From positions 14,572,001 to 14,636,000 of the forward strand of contig NC_058369.1 of the NCBI RefSeq assembly GCF_018350175.1: 64,000 nucleotides of DNA, given 5' to 3'. Of this stretch, positions 63,555 to 64,000 are shown one piece after another. This stretch comes from Felis catus (lineage: Eukaryota). Below the pieces are notes generated by a model, which was not told the DNA's origin, did not search any database, and saw only the letters and a program-made list of their open reading frames with translations. The number at the start of each line of letters is the position of its first letter. Position 1 is the first letter of the stretch. A program made the translations under genes and the position numbers.

Positions 63555-64000
63555 AATGATCTCATTTCCCATCCAAAGAAATGCTCCAACCCTAACTGAA
63601 CAATGTGAGCCATTGGGAAAGGCCTAGAAAATTCCAAAGCTGGGCTACCGTCACCCACGCTGTGACCTTTATTTTGCCGTGTCCTGTATAGGGAGGTGAC
63701 CAGCCGCACATCAACCAAGTCCTACCCAATTTTCCAGGCTGGAATCAGGTTTTCAGACCAGCCAATGCCCTAATTACCCTAAAGGGAATTATCCCAGGAA
63801 CTGATGTTAAGCAAGTTCTAAGTATTTATAAAGGAGTATTTTCTGTCAAAAAAGATTGGCCGTTCTCATGCCATCACCACGTCTACTGATAGCTACTCTG
63901 AGCCAAGACCCTGACAGGACTGGGCTGCACTGTGGGCACGCCTGTGTTTTAGGGGCTGGCGTTCCAAGTCGGGAACAGGAAACAAACCAGAAACAAAACC

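Overview
Mammalian, GC-rich, gene-dense genomic DNA, most likely from a felid given the many tRNA-derived carnivore SINEs of the cat type. Gene order matches the block I recall from human 19p13.11. It contains the last coding exon and long 3' UTR of GATAD2A (+), and intronless TSSK6 (-) head-to-head with NDUFA13 (+, 5 exons, 144 aa). These are followed by YJEFN3 (+, 6 exons, 250 aa, one GC-AG intron), CILP2 (+, 8 exons, 1157 aa), a 12 kb intergenic stretch, and the last six coding exons of PBX4 (-), whose first exons lie beyond the window. I checked all exon boundaries and phases by hand. Gene names and comparisons with human proteins come from my recall of those sequences, not from a search. 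The best-supported unexpected observations are: (1) a SINE-SINE recombination micro-inversion in a PBX4 intron, shown by swapped target-site duplications; (2) a probable 3' transduction tag carried by a nested SINE; (3) an NRF1/ETS/YY1 promoter-like module in the TSSK6 3' UTR; (4) a stop-interrupted counterpart of the human YJEFN3 alternative exon; (5) co-oriented CTCF motifs between CILP2 and PBX4. A possible decayed multi-exon gene downstream of CILP2 is speculative. I cannot demonstrate a wholly new biological system here.
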